Origin: Eledone cirrhosa
Lineage: Eukaryota
Direction of reading: 5' to 3'
Assembly (NCBI GenBank): GCA_964016885.1
Contig: OZ024751.1
Location: forward strand, 10,974,001 to 11,038,000
Length of the DNA stretch: 64,000 bases
Below the pieces are notes generated by a model. It was not told the origin of the DNA, did not search any database, and saw only the letters and a program-made list of their open reading frames with translations. Position numbers and translations under genes: made by a program. Below are positions 31,167-56,097 of this stretch, in pieces (positions within the stretch are counted from its first letter, which is position 1; each line of letters begins with the position of its first letter).

Positions 31167-31913
31167 CAAATTAGGCTGCTCAGCCGTTAATATGCATAGG
31201 GAAAGTATATACTTTCAAACGTTCAATCATCTGACAGAAAGGTATATGATGCTGACGATAGCTAATAAGCTTGAAACTAAGACATCGTTCCTGTGTCAAT
31301 GTTGAACAAAAGGGTGACAATGGTTGCCGAGTACTGTATGGAGTAATTCGGGCTGTTTTGTTTACAAACAAACCGAACATTATAATAAATGTTCGGTAAA
31401 ACAATACGTACATACATATATATATATATGTGTGCATGTATGTATATATATACATACTACTGTACATCTGTATACATACTTATATTTAGGTATCAGCCGT
31501 ACTAAGAGTGAGCAATGAAATTTCGTTTCATTCTTTTCCATTTATCGTTTTCGGTGCGCCCGGCCGACTAACTCACTCGATATGCAAATTAGGCTGCTCA
31601 GCCGTTAATATGCATAAGGAAAGTATATACTTTCAAGCGTTGAATCATCTTACAGAAAGGTATACGATACTAACGATAGCTAATAAGCTTGAAACTAGTG
31701 CATCGTTACTGTGTCAGTGTTGAACAAAAGGGCGACGATGGTTGCCGAGCATTGTACGGCGTAATTCGGACTGTTTGTTTACAGGCAAACCGAACATTAT
31801 AATAAATGTTCAGTAAACTCATACGTACATATATATATGTGTGCATGTATGTATATATATATATATACTACTGTACGTATGTACACATATATGTATGTAC
31901 GTATACATACTTA

Positions 31914-31920
<7 letters not shown>
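31167..31920 (+). mobile_element. Tandem pair of hammerhead-bearing units (family E, spacing ~418 bp)
   Basis: 31167-31490 is similar to 31585-31920. Degenerate HHRs at 31248-31286 and 31665-31705; consensus with the 43363 copy is CGATG-CTGACGA-tAGCtaataaGCTt-GAAA-CTAG-TA-CATCG. Confidence 0.7.
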
Positions 31921-31995
<75 letters not shown>

Positions 31996-32045
31996 GGAAA
32001 GTAAAAATCGGAGAATAGACCGTTAAAACATGTTTATTTAAAATA

Positions 32046-32088
32046 TCACCTACGTACGTTTCGCCCAGTTGGGCTTCTCAAGGGCATA
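32046..32088 (-). ncRNA. pLTR hammerhead motif (U3-A8 core, weak stem I)
   Basis: Reverse complement: GCCC-TTGAGAA-GCCCaactGGGC-GAAA-CGTACG-TA-GG. A truncated copy lies at ~35349-35377. Confidence 0.5.
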
Positions 32089-32378
32089 AATAATCACAAG
32101 TGTTCCATATATAGTTCGGAACGAGTTTTGGGGGTTAAATCTACATCATCTACATCAAGATTCATTGCTCGCAAAAATATCTTGTTTTGATTTTGCAGCA
32201 GGTCAAGGGAGGTAACTCTGGCCGGTGTTAGGGCAGTCTTTCCCGGATAATTTTTTTTTGCCGCATCCGTTTGTCTGAGGCTGGGTCTGGTATGCAAGGA
32301 TTGTTTTCTGGGTCTTATTTTGCAACGCCTGCCCGCCGAGGTGTTAAGACTTGTTGCAGGGAGATCCAGTGTACTATT

Positions 32379-35103
32379 TCACTCTTCATCCTTAACCCAT
32401 CTAAAGAAGGAAATTTTTAAGCGATGTGTACAACTTATCGCTGTTTCAGCTCTGCTGTTGATGAGCTCGTGGTGTGCAGTTATGATGTGGTAGAGCTCCA
32501 TGAGGCAAAGATCGCATTTCCTCTTGAAGTTGTACGGTGCAGCCCTGCCGACAATCTCCCAGTGCGTGGAGAAGCTGATGTTTGAGTCCTTTAGTGATGT
32601 GATGTAGTCCGCGAGCGAAGTGGAGTGCCTTAGTTTTGTATTTGTGAAAGAGTGGAGATGTGTTCGAAACCTAATTTTGAACGGGCCGGAGGTGGCCCCT
32701 ATATAATGTTTAACGCTATTGAGGCTAGTAATAGTGCATCTATATATAACCCTATCAGTCAAGCAGTATCCTCTAAGGGGGCAGCGTCCTCTGTCGCGGC
32801 AGTTGCAATTTCTGTCGCGGTTCCGTCTATTTCTCACGGTAAGGCTATCATTGTTGCTGCCTACGTTGTTACCTACGCTACCGCAGCTGTCGTAAGCACA
32901 ATTACAACCCACAGCATGCGGGATGGTGCGATTGTTATTCCGCACGTCATGTGCTGCATGTTCCCCAGTCATTTCGCGGTCATTCTGGTTGCGTCTGCGG
33001 ATGCCGTTGCCAACACTATTGGATGCTGCCAGGGAGTTGTTAAGGCCGATATAGTTATTGTCAGGTGTAGGTGCGTCTGTGTCGAGGTGCTGTGTCATGG
33101 TGATCTTACTGTGGTTCGTTGTTCCTATGATGTCTGCTAGGTTAGGAGTAGTAGAGAAGGATATTTTTATATTGTTATTATTAAGAATTTTTCTATACCT
33201 ATGGTTGGGCGGGATGTTCTTCTCTAAGACTTCGAAGAATATCCGGGGTATGTTGGAGGCCACACTCCGAGAGTAGGGGGGGGGGGGTGGAACCATAGGA
33301 CGTTACGGTGGCGATTACGTGTCCTTGTACTTTTGCTACGGGTGGTGACCGCTATTATGTGTGTTAATGCGCAGTCGCCCGTTCGGTGCCCCTTTCACTT
33401 TATGCTCGGGTGCACTCTTTCTACCTCTTCCATGTTTATGTACACGAAGATGTTGGTTGGAAGGCGTTGGTAGTAGGCCGTCGCCTTTGTTGGTTTTGTA
33501 ATAGGGGAATAGTTCGAGTAATCTACAGTGTTCACCGTCGCCGGGGACGTGATCTTTGGTGCGGTTATCTATTCTATTATATCCGACTTCAACGAGGTCG
33601 CCGCGTGATCGGTTATAGGTATGGCTTACTATAACGTTAGTTTTATGAGGGGGTGGTTTCTAGAGCTAGCGTTAGGGATGTAGGAAATTCCTCGGTTAAA
33701 GCCGGCGCTTATCAGGGCCCTATTGTAGTAATCAGCCGCTTGGTTGAAGATATCCTCATTGGCGGATAGCCTCGAGATTCTATGTGAGATACTATAGACT
33801 ATAGAGTTGAGAGTCTGCTTAGGGTGGTTGGAGGCATAATTAATATAAGAGAGGCACTCTCCAGGCTTATGGTATGGGTTGTATAAGCCCGTACTCAACT
33901 CCAGGGTCACGTCCAGGAAGTTGACAACCCTGTGGTTGAGGTCCATAGTTACGGATAGGCCGTATGACTTAAAGAACCTGTGTATATGTTTGTTAAGGTT
34001 CTCTATCCTACGGGGGCTATTGTTCCTAACGGTAAACAGGGCGTCGTCCCTATATACACCTCCTTGTAGGGCCGGTATTTCTTCCCTAAGCTTATGTAGG
34101 AGGTATATCCCAACCAGGTCAGTTGCTTGCGCTGAGTCACTGGACTCCATCGTGACATCGAAGTTATCAAGACGGTTGGTTCTGGTCCAGTGGGAGCCTT
34201 GGAACTGGATAATGGTTCTACATGCCGCTAGAATTATGTCTATTTCTTTTTTAGTGAGGCTAGTGTTAGATCTAGCTAAGATAAGTGCCTTATTTATGAG
34301 TATGGGGGAGATAGAGGCGTAGTAGCTATCTATATCAAACTGGATGAATTTCAGGGTGGCTTTATCCGGCAACTCGGTGAACCAATTTATGACCTGGTCG
34401 GTGTTGCCCCAGAGGCAGACCTTAGCCTTTCTATTAAGCTCGAGTAGTACTCTGTCGAGGATCAATTTACTAATCTTACCTATATCTGATGTAGAGGGGC
34501 ATATTAGTCTAATAGAGGGCTTTCATTAAAGTCATATTTGTGATCCTTAAGAGAGAATTTAGGCGTCAGAGGGACGTACGGGTTAGTGTACTTTTCTATT
34601 TCTAAGCTGGTGACTATATCCTTCCCTACTCTATTTATGTCATTTAGGGTACTAGAGGGTGTCTTTTTGTAGTCTTTGTGTAGTTCCTTATAGATGAATT
34701 TTTTATACTCACTCGCGTCCATCTTGTACAGCTTTTTGGTTTTGTCGGAGGTGACGAGGAGGTGCGGGTCATTCTTGATCTTAGTTATTAGTGTATCAAG
34801 GGACGTTAAGAATGGATTGCTGCATTGGTGTTTCTTTCTGAGCTTAACGTTTTTGATCATTTTCAGCAGGTCCTCTTCAAAGAAGTCCAGTAAGGTGTTG
34901 TGTGGTGGGTTTCGGTATGTTTTGAAGCCATACCTCTCTTTGGGTTCAGGAAGGTTACGGGTGTTCTTATCCAGGTGGTAGGCCTTCCATCTGACTCTCC
35001 GTATAAACGAATTAGTAGCGTCTATAAGCAGTTTAAGGTAGGTTTTTCTGCTGGGTAAGGGGATACACTTGAGAGACATGGGTAACGGCTGGTTCTGCAA
35101 CAT
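32379..35103 (-). pseudogene. Penelope-like ORF (RT, thumb, linker, GIY-YIG) broken by frameshifts and stops
   Basis: SLKCIPLPS..RRVRWKAY; LKDHK..(frameshift ~34515)..RLICPSTSDIGKISK; FIQFDIDSYYASI; GVYRDDAL; VNFLDVTL..YHKP..SNHP; WFHPP(frameshift in poly-G ~33280)YS; CNCR..CPLRGYCL..VIYRC..HYIGATSGPFKIRFRTH..KCDLCLME..IN..CTH. The motif set resembles Hydra-clade PLEs as I recall them; this is not verified. Confidence 0.9.
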
Positions 35104-35532
35104 AATGGCAAATAAGGTGAGATGCTCTACAAAAGGAGCACGGTAATATACTATTTACGTATCGAGAAAGAGAATAAAAGGGGGGATAGGTGATACATAT
35201 AGTTATTTGCCAAGTAGCGTATGCCAAAGGTGCTCGATACTAGTGCCGGCAGTATTAAATATTCGAAGTGTTAATATTTAGTGGGCTAGAGAGTTAGCAG
35301 AGCGTAAGCACGTGGGAAAGTAAAAATCGGAGAATAGACCGTAAAATATCACCTAGGTACGTTTCGCCCAGCTGGGCGTCGCGGTCATGTTGGAAGGGGT
35401 GTGGAAGTGTCTTACGACTGGTGGCTTTTTTGCTAGAAAGCACAGCACAATACAGCCAAATACGTATCTCAACCTAATGGGAGATTATTACATATAAAAG
35501 TTTACATATATAAATACATATATATACATATA

Positions 35533-36113
35533 CTTGTTTTGCAACGGGTCACTTTGTGGCATAATGAAAATTTAATAAATTAAATGATCAGAGCTATATA
35601 TCATAAAACATGTCTATAGAATCACAAGATAAAATATATACCATTTCCTCTCCCAATTAGCATAATTAACTATATAAAACATCGAATAGACCAGGCTATA
35701 AGAATGAGGCTTCTATGAAGAAATCTCCAACAAATAACCGAAACTAGCTCTTCGCGTCGGCCGCAACGGAATATTTATCGGATATTTCGACAGCGTAATC
35801 GCCCAGATAGAGTCAATTAAACAGAATTAGGTGTAAAATAAACTAGGAGAAAATAGAATACATTTACAACCTCTACCATGGTTTCATCCGCATTTTGAGA
35901 TTTCCATATAACTCGAGCATCGGATTCATCAGGAGATTTGCTCTGATCTAGACACTAAATTTTCCAAAGTAATCGCGCCAAGATTTTTAGCTATTTTGAA
36001 TGAATTCTTGGCGCGATCACTTTGTGATTCTATAGACATGTTTTATGATATATAGCTCTGATTATTTAATTTATTAAATTTTCATTGAGCCACAAAGTGA
36101 CCCGTTGTAAAAC
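35533..36113. mobile_element. TA-flanked element with ~95-bp terminal inverted repeats and a canonical hammerhead
   Basis: 35533-35628 is the inverse of ~36021-36113. Minus-strand HHR at 35871-35935: CTC-CTGATGA-ATCCG...CGGAT-GAAA-CCATGG-TA-GAG. Confidence 0.8.
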
Positions 36114-36116
36114 ACG

Positions 36117-36150
36117 TATATGTATATGTATGTATATATATATATGTAAA

Positions 36151-36181
<31 letters not shown>

Positions 36182-36525
36182 GTAAGTGTGTGTATATATA
36201 TATGTGTGTGTATATATATATGTAAGTGTGTGTATATATATATATGTAAGTGTGTATATATATATATATGTAAGTGTGTATATATATATATATGTAAGTG
36301 TGTATATATATGTAAGTGTGTATATATATATATATGTGAGTGTGTATATATATATATATATATGTAAGTGTGTATATATGTGTAAGTGTGTATATATATG
36401 TAAGTGTGTATATATATGTGTAAGTGTATATATGTATATATATATGTAAGTGTATATATGTGTGTAAGTGTATATATATTTAAGTGTATATGTTTGTGTA
36501 AGTGTATATATATATGTAAGTATGC

Positions 36526-36574
<49 letters not shown>

Positions 36575-37069
36575 AGTATATATATATATATATATATGTA
36601 AGTATATATATATATATGTAAGTGTATATATATATATGTAAGTGTATATATATATATGTAAGTGTATATATATATATATGTAAGTGTATATATATATATA
36701 TGTAAGTGTATATATATATATATATGTAAGTGTATATATATATATATGTAAGTGTATATATATATGTGTAAGTGTATATATATATATGTAAGTGTATATA
36801 CATATATATATATGTAAGTGTATATATATATATATAAGTGTATATACATATATATATGTAAGTATGCATATATATATGGTAAGTATGCATATATATATAT
36901 TTATATAAATGTGAGTATATATATGTATGTATATAAATGTGAGTATATATATATATATATATAAATGTGAGTATATATATGTATGTATATAAATGTGAGT
37001 ATATATATATATATATGTGTGTGTATTTATACGTGTATATATATATGTGTGTGTGTATATAAATGAGAG

Positions 37070-37100
<31 letters not shown>

Positions 37101-37184
37101 ACATATATATATATATATGTGTATATATGTATATATATACACATATATATTGTGTATATATATGTGTGTATATATGTGTATATA

Positions 37185-37221
<37 letters not shown>

Positions 37222-37406
37222 ATATATATATATGTGTATATATATGTGTATATATATATGTGTATATACTGTATATATATGTATATATATATGTATATAT
37301 ATATGTATATATATATATGTGTATATATATATATGTGTATATATATATGTGTATATACTGTATATATATGTGTATATATATGTGTGTGTATATATGTGTA
37401 TATATA

Positions 37407-37441
<35 letters not shown>

Positions 37442-37462
37442 GTGTATATATGTGTATATATA

Positions 37463-37511
<49 letters not shown>

Positions 37512-37704
37512 ATATATATGTGTATATATATATATGTGTGTATATATATGTGTATATATATCTGTGTGTATATATATATACGTGTGTGTGTATTTAAATA
37601 TATGTTTCGTTGTTTGTGTATTTGTCTGTTGTCTTCCAATAAGTGACTGTCCTTGTGTACGTCTGCTTATATGTGTGTGTGTGTTTACACAAACGCACAC
37701 AAAT

Positions 37705-37790
<86 letters not shown>

Positions 37791-38099
37791 TAATATGTGT
37801 CAGTGTGTGTACGTGACGTCTAAAGACAGATAATTAAATTGCTCAGCAGTTCCTAACCTCCGAACGTTAACAATTCACCTCTTAGAACATGGTTCGGTCG
37901 GTCGAGCGGAAAATGTAAAAGTTAAGCTGCATTTCGCCCGAAGGGTTTTAAGCAAATGGCAAGTCTGCAATGTCAACTATATGACGTCACTGCTATCTAG
38001 AACTACGACGACACATACCCACTGATATATTTATACACACACATATACACATACACTGATGTACGCACATACAGAACCTCACAAACACACACGCACACG

Positions 38100-38151
<52 letters not shown>

Positions 38152-38478
38152 TCACATTTATTATTATTACTATATATATATATATATATAGATATATATG
38201 TAAATATATATGTATATATGTAAATATATGTATATATGTAAATATATATATATATATGTATGTATATTTGTGTATATATATATATATATATGTGTATATA
38301 TATGTATATATGTAAAAATGTATATATGTAAAAATGTATATATGTAAAAATATATATATGTATATATATATATTTATATATATATATTTATATATATATA
38401 TATATGTATGTGTATATATGTATATATATATATATATATATATGTGTGTATATATGTATATATATATATATGTGTATG

Positions 38479-38519
<41 letters not shown>

Positions 38520-39103
38520 ATGTATTTATATACATATATGATTATATATATATATGTATATATATATATACGGCTACATACACACAGAAACGTAGACAGT
38601 CACACACATACACATATAGAAACACATACAGAGATACACACATATTCACACATACACACGTATATACTGATACATTCACACATACACACGTATATACTGA
38701 TACATTCACACATACACAGACACATATACATCCACATATATGCACTCAGACACACACACACATATACAAACACATACAAAGATGCAAACAAGCTCTCACA
38801 GGCACATATATTGATACACTCACAGACACACATAGCCGCACACATATATATACGCGCACACATATATACGCGCACATATATAGGCGCATGCATATACACA
38901 CACACATATGCACCCACACATATGCTCCCATACATACACACACATACGGATATACAAACACATATAAACACATGTACACAGATACTGGCACACACACACA
39001 CAAGCTGGCAGAATGTGAGAAGAAGAGAATGGTAAGATAAGATAGAATGAGAGAATGAAAGAATGAATAAGAGATATGTATGAGAGAGAGACATCATAGG
39101 CAC

Positions 39104-39159
<56 letters not shown>

Positions 39160-39190
39160 GAACGCATATATTACATATATATATACACAC
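36117..39190. repeat. (TA)n with TAAGTG/TG interruptions, and (CA)-rich tracts
   Basis: Direct inspection; includes a short unique island at 37800-38030. Confidence 0.85.
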
Positions 39191-39334
39191 TCGTCACAGA
39201 CCCTATTTTCCCGCCCCTATCCAGCACGCCACCACAAGTACACCAAGCTGTAAGACAAGATCGATCGTTTAAGACCAGTTCTTCATTTTTTTTGTGTGTG
39301 CCTGTGTCTATGACAGGCAATTGGAGATGACTGG

Positions 39335-39920
39335 TGAAGTGTGGTGTGGTGTGGTGTGGTGTGGTGTGATGTGGAATGGTGTGGTGTGGTGTGGTGTGGT
39401 GTGGTGTAGTGTGATGTGGTGTGGTGGGGGTTTTGCGTGGTGTGGTGCAGTCTTGAGCAGTGCGGTTTGTTGTGGTGTAATGTAGTGTGGTGTGGCGTGG
39501 TTTGGTTTAGTTGTGTCTTGTGGTTGAGTGGTGTGGTGTAGTGCAGTATAGTTTGGGCTGGGGGTAGTGGACTTTGGTTTGGTGTGGAGAGGTGCGGTGT
39601 GGTGCAAATGTAGTGTGGTGTAGTGTGATGTGGTATGTGTAATGTGGTTTGGTGTGGTTTGGTGTAGTGTAGTGTGGTTTGGAGGGGTGTAGTGTAATAC
39701 GGCAGTGTGGTGTGGTTTAATGTAGTGTGGTGTAGTGCAGTGTAGTTTGCTGTGGGTTAGTGTGCTGTGGTATAATGTGGTGCCGTGTAGTGTAGTGTGA
39801 TGTAGAGTGGTGTGGTTCAATGTAGTGTGGCGTAGTGTGGTGTGGTCTGGTATAGTGTGGAATTGTCTGGAGGGTGTGGTTTGGAGTGGTGTGGTGTAGT
39901 GTGGAATGGTGTGGTATGGT
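39335..39920. repeat. (GTGTG/GTGTA)n pentanucleotide repeat
   Basis: Direct inspection. Confidence 0.85.
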
Positions 39921-40130
39921 AAGATAGGGAAGAGGTGGGGTGCAAAAGGTGATTGGTTGTGTGAAAGACAGCGAGGAAAGTCAGATAAATAGTTAGCTAG
40001 ATAGATAGAAAGATATATAGACAGATAGATAGACAGATAGATAGATTAATATATAGCTAGATAGACACATAGATAGATACATAGATACATTAATAGATAG
40101 CTTGATAGATAGATAGATACGTATATAGAT

Positions 40131-40217
40131 ATATTTCTTTATTTGCCACAAGGGCGCATAAGAAAAGGGGACAATACAAAGACACATGCCGGGGATTTTA
40201 CATACAGTCGTGTAAAA
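40131..40217 (-). mobile_element. Extreme 3' end of the same L1/Tx1-like LINE, inserted in (GATA)n
   Basis: Near-identical to 19510-19596; (TAGA)n on both sides. Confidence 0.85.
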
Positions 40218-40639
40218 TAGCTAGATAGACAGATAGATACATAAATAGATAGATAGATAGCTAGCTAGGGAGAGTTAGGGAGAGAGAGAGAGAGAGGAGG
40301 AGGTCACAGAAAGGGGAGAGTAAAAACGGGTTAACTCTATTGGTTGATGAGTGTCGTGACACAGGAATGATGGTTATGATGATTATGTTGACAATGTTTC
40401 TGATGATGATGATGATGGTAATGATGATGATGATGATGCTAGTGCGAAAGCGTTGGAAAGATAGAGGAGCAAGGAAAATGGAGGGAGGGATGGAAGGAGG
40501 AGCGACCTAAAGGAAAATGAAGAATTTCGATCCACCTTAACCTTTGACAGAGAGTGGGAGTGGGAGGGAGGGAGAGGGAAAGGAGTAATGCAATTGGAGG
40601 ATATTGAAAAAAGGGCTAAAAAGGAACTCTTGATTAACA

Positions 40640-44388
<3,749 letters not shown>

Positions 44389-45492
44389 GGAGGAGGTTAT
44401 AGTTCACTTGAAGCATTGTGTAATGAGGTATAAACGTTTGAATATGTGTAATAAAGCCAAAACAATGCAGCTATGGACATAGAAAAAAGAATGCAATTGC
44501 AAAAGATATTGTCGACAATTAGTCCTTTACCTTAGATTTATTTAAATGTCCTTAATTTTCGAGATAATATCTCTTCTTCAGAGGGAAATAAAGGTCTCAA
44601 ACCAGCGTTCTAAATATCTTGCCAAGCCATGCTGAGAGGAAATAGTATAGAGTATCTGTTCTATCTCTAATGTCAAAGAGTTAAAATTAGGTGGATAAAG
44701 AGCAGTCTCCCTTTAAAAGGGGTTTGTTAAGGGTTTTATTTTAATTTTTTATTTTATTTTATATACATGCCTGTATAAGTGTGTGGGAGAATGCATGAAG
44801 GTGTAAGTATGTGAGTGTGTGTGTGTGAGTGTGAGAAGATAAGTCTATTCGTAAATGTGGGGGATAGGTGTTATCTGGTGTTAGAACTGGTTTTGTGTGT
44901 GTATGTGTGAGAGAGAATAAGTGGAGGTGTAAGCGTGTGTGTGTGTGGGGTGTGTAAATATGGGGCTAGAAGCCCTATCAGGTTATACATTGGGTGTTGA
45001 GTTCTAGTCTATTATTGATTGGTGGTTGTGTTTTATCTATAATTAGTGGTTCCTTAATTCTAAGATTGCCGAGGTTTCTTTCCTTAGTTTCTATCCTAAC
45101 TGTTATGGTTTTGTCGGTGTTTTTGCATTTAACTAGGTGTTTCTTAAATGAGGAAGCGTTAGTATTGAGGTGTTCTTTTATTCTTACGTGGAGTGGTCTG
45201 GTGGTGTTACCTACGTAGAAGTTTTTGCATTTGTCACACTCTAGTCTGTATACGACGTAAGCCTGGTGGCATAGGTCTGTGTCGCTGATGGGGCAGTTGG
45301 CTAGTCTGCAGCAGTTGTCATGTCTGGTGGAGTGTCTCTTGGCCAGCCGTCCGCGCAGAGAAGGACCCGAGTGGGCCAGTTGGATATCCAGTCCCTCTCG
45401 TATGATGGCTCTGCGGATGGCTGTTGTTGTTTCTTCACTGAAGTGTGGGAGCTTCAGGAAGCAAGTGTTAGTGCCTCGGGTGTGGTGTCCTC
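44389..45492 (-). mobile_element. 3' part of a second Penelope-like family, running into the assembly gap
   Basis: GIY-YIG ORF, 3' UTR, minus-strand minimal HHR at 44550-44584 (CCT-CTGAAGA-aGAGATattATCTC-GAAA-AT-TA-AGG); ends in (TA)n. Confidence 0.85.
44978..45490 (-). CDS. C-terminal 170 aa of a Penelope-like ORF (linker plus GIY-YIG endonuclease); open frame, 5' end in the gap
   Basis: Manual translation: ...FLKLPHFSEETTTAIRRAIIREGLDIQLAHSGPSLRGRL...CCRLANCPISDTDLCHQAYVVYRLECDKCKNFYVGNTTRPLHVRIKEHL...KKHLVKC...RIKEPLIIDKTQPPINNRLE...stop. Not in the ORF track in this frame. Confidence 0.85.
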   Translation of the reverse strand, partial: GHHTRGTNTCFLKLPHFSEETTTAIRRAIIREGLDIQLAHSGPSLRGRLAKRHSTRHDNCCRLANCPISDTDLCHQAYVVYRLECDKCKNFYVGNTTRPLHVRIKEHLNTNASSFKKHLVKCKNTDKTITVRIETKERNLGNLRIKEPLIIDKTQPPINNRLELNTQCIT

Positions 45493-45692
45493 NNNNNNNN
45501 NNNNNNNNNNNNNNNNNNNNNNNNNNNNNNNNNNNNNNNNNNNNNNNNNNNNNNNNNNNNNNNNNNNNNNNNNNNNNNNNNNNNNNNNNNNNNNNNNNNN
45601 NNNNNNNNNNNNNNNNNNNNNNNNNNNNNNNNNNNNNNNNNNNNNNNNNNNNNNNNNNNNNNNNNNNNNNNNNNNNNNNNNNNNNNNNNNNN
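45493..45692. other. Assembly gap (200 N)
   Basis: Run of N. Confidence 0.99.
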
Positions 45693-45733
45693 TATATTAT
45701 GTATATATATATATCTATATATATATATATATA

Positions 45734-45797
45734 TAGGAACCAGTAAGACCCCGACGGCTGATCTCAAGCCGTTTCGACGGCTCATTCTGGACTCATT
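45734..45797. mobile_element. Family A single arm
   Basis: Near-identical to 1016-1077; TA-flanked. Confidence 0.75.
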
Positions 45798-50725
<4,928 letters not shown>

Positions 50726-50729
<4 letters not shown>

Positions 50730-51080
50730 AAAAAGGGATGAAATCGAAAATGCAACTGAAGTCTTATTTTTTTTTTAAATATATATTTATTTGGTTCCTT
50801 TACCGGTTTCGCAGTTCTTCTGCTTTTCAAAAGGTGAGTTGAGATGGAGGGTCTGTGGTTTTTCACACAGATGTGAGAAAAACCACAGACCCTCCATCTC
50901 AACTCACCTTTTGAAAAGCAGAAGAACTGCGAAACCGGTAAAGGAACCAAATAAATATATATTTAAAAAAAAAATAAGACTTCAGTTGCATTTTCGATTT
51001 CATCCCTTTTTCTTTATACTTCCACTCGTGTAGGACACCTCGGTTATTTTTCATTTTGTAAAAAAAACCTCACTTTCTAA
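50726..51080. mobile_element. Family B fold-back element with two opposed U3-A8 hammerheads
   Basis: ~140-bp perfect inverted arms (50726-50864 and 50877-51015). HHRs at 50797-50834 (-) and 50907-50944 (+): CCTT-TTGAAAA-GCAGaagaaCTGC-GAAA-CCGG-TA-AAGG. Confidence 0.8.
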
Positions 51081-51321
51081 TATATATATATATATATACA
51101 TTTATATACACATATGACCTACTTCTTCCCTAAAGTAATCCTTCATTACTAATACTCTTTTCCGTCCAAAACTTAAATCTACCTTCCTCTACCCATAATT
51201 TAAGGTTCTACTAATTCTATATCACTATCTTGACCCTCACTATCTGCTGATTGGACAATTCAAAACCTGCTCCCAAACAGACCTGTTGTATTGAATCTTT
51301 GTTCTTATCAATAAACAAGTA

Positions 51322-51463
51322 TCATTAATTCTGAAGACAGCATATATATGTGTAGGTAAGTATATTCCCTCTGATAGTTTGTATAAATATTGTACATAGA
51401 CCTATAGAATATGCATACCAACTCTAACACATATATATCCTAGAAACGATCGTAAAATAATGA
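51322..51463 (+). ncRNA. Hammerhead motif with ~105-nt stem II domain, in a probable PLE 3' fragment (51115-51522)
   Basis: TCATTAATT-CTGAAGA-(ATATATATGTGT...ACACATATATAT)-GAAA-CGATCG-TA-AAATAATGA. Confidence 0.6.
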
Positions 51464-51522
51464 ATTTTTTTTTTAATATAAGGAACTGTTTCTTTGTTTA
51501 TTCATTATTTTTTTAATAATTT

Positions 51523-56096
<4,574 letters not shown>

Positions 56097-56097
56097 T

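Larger units (their letters stand above)
31992..35377 (-). mobile_element. Near-full-length Penelope-like retroelement (RT plus C-terminal GIY-YIG) with pseudo-LTRs
   Basis: Direct repeats at 31992-32075 and 35312-35377; the 3' end abuts (TA)n; RT and EN coding fragments lie between the repeats. Confidence 0.9.

Noticed and set aside
32652-34981. Plus-strand ORFs overlapping the PLE
   Set aside because: Antisense shadows of the minus-strand RT/EN frame.
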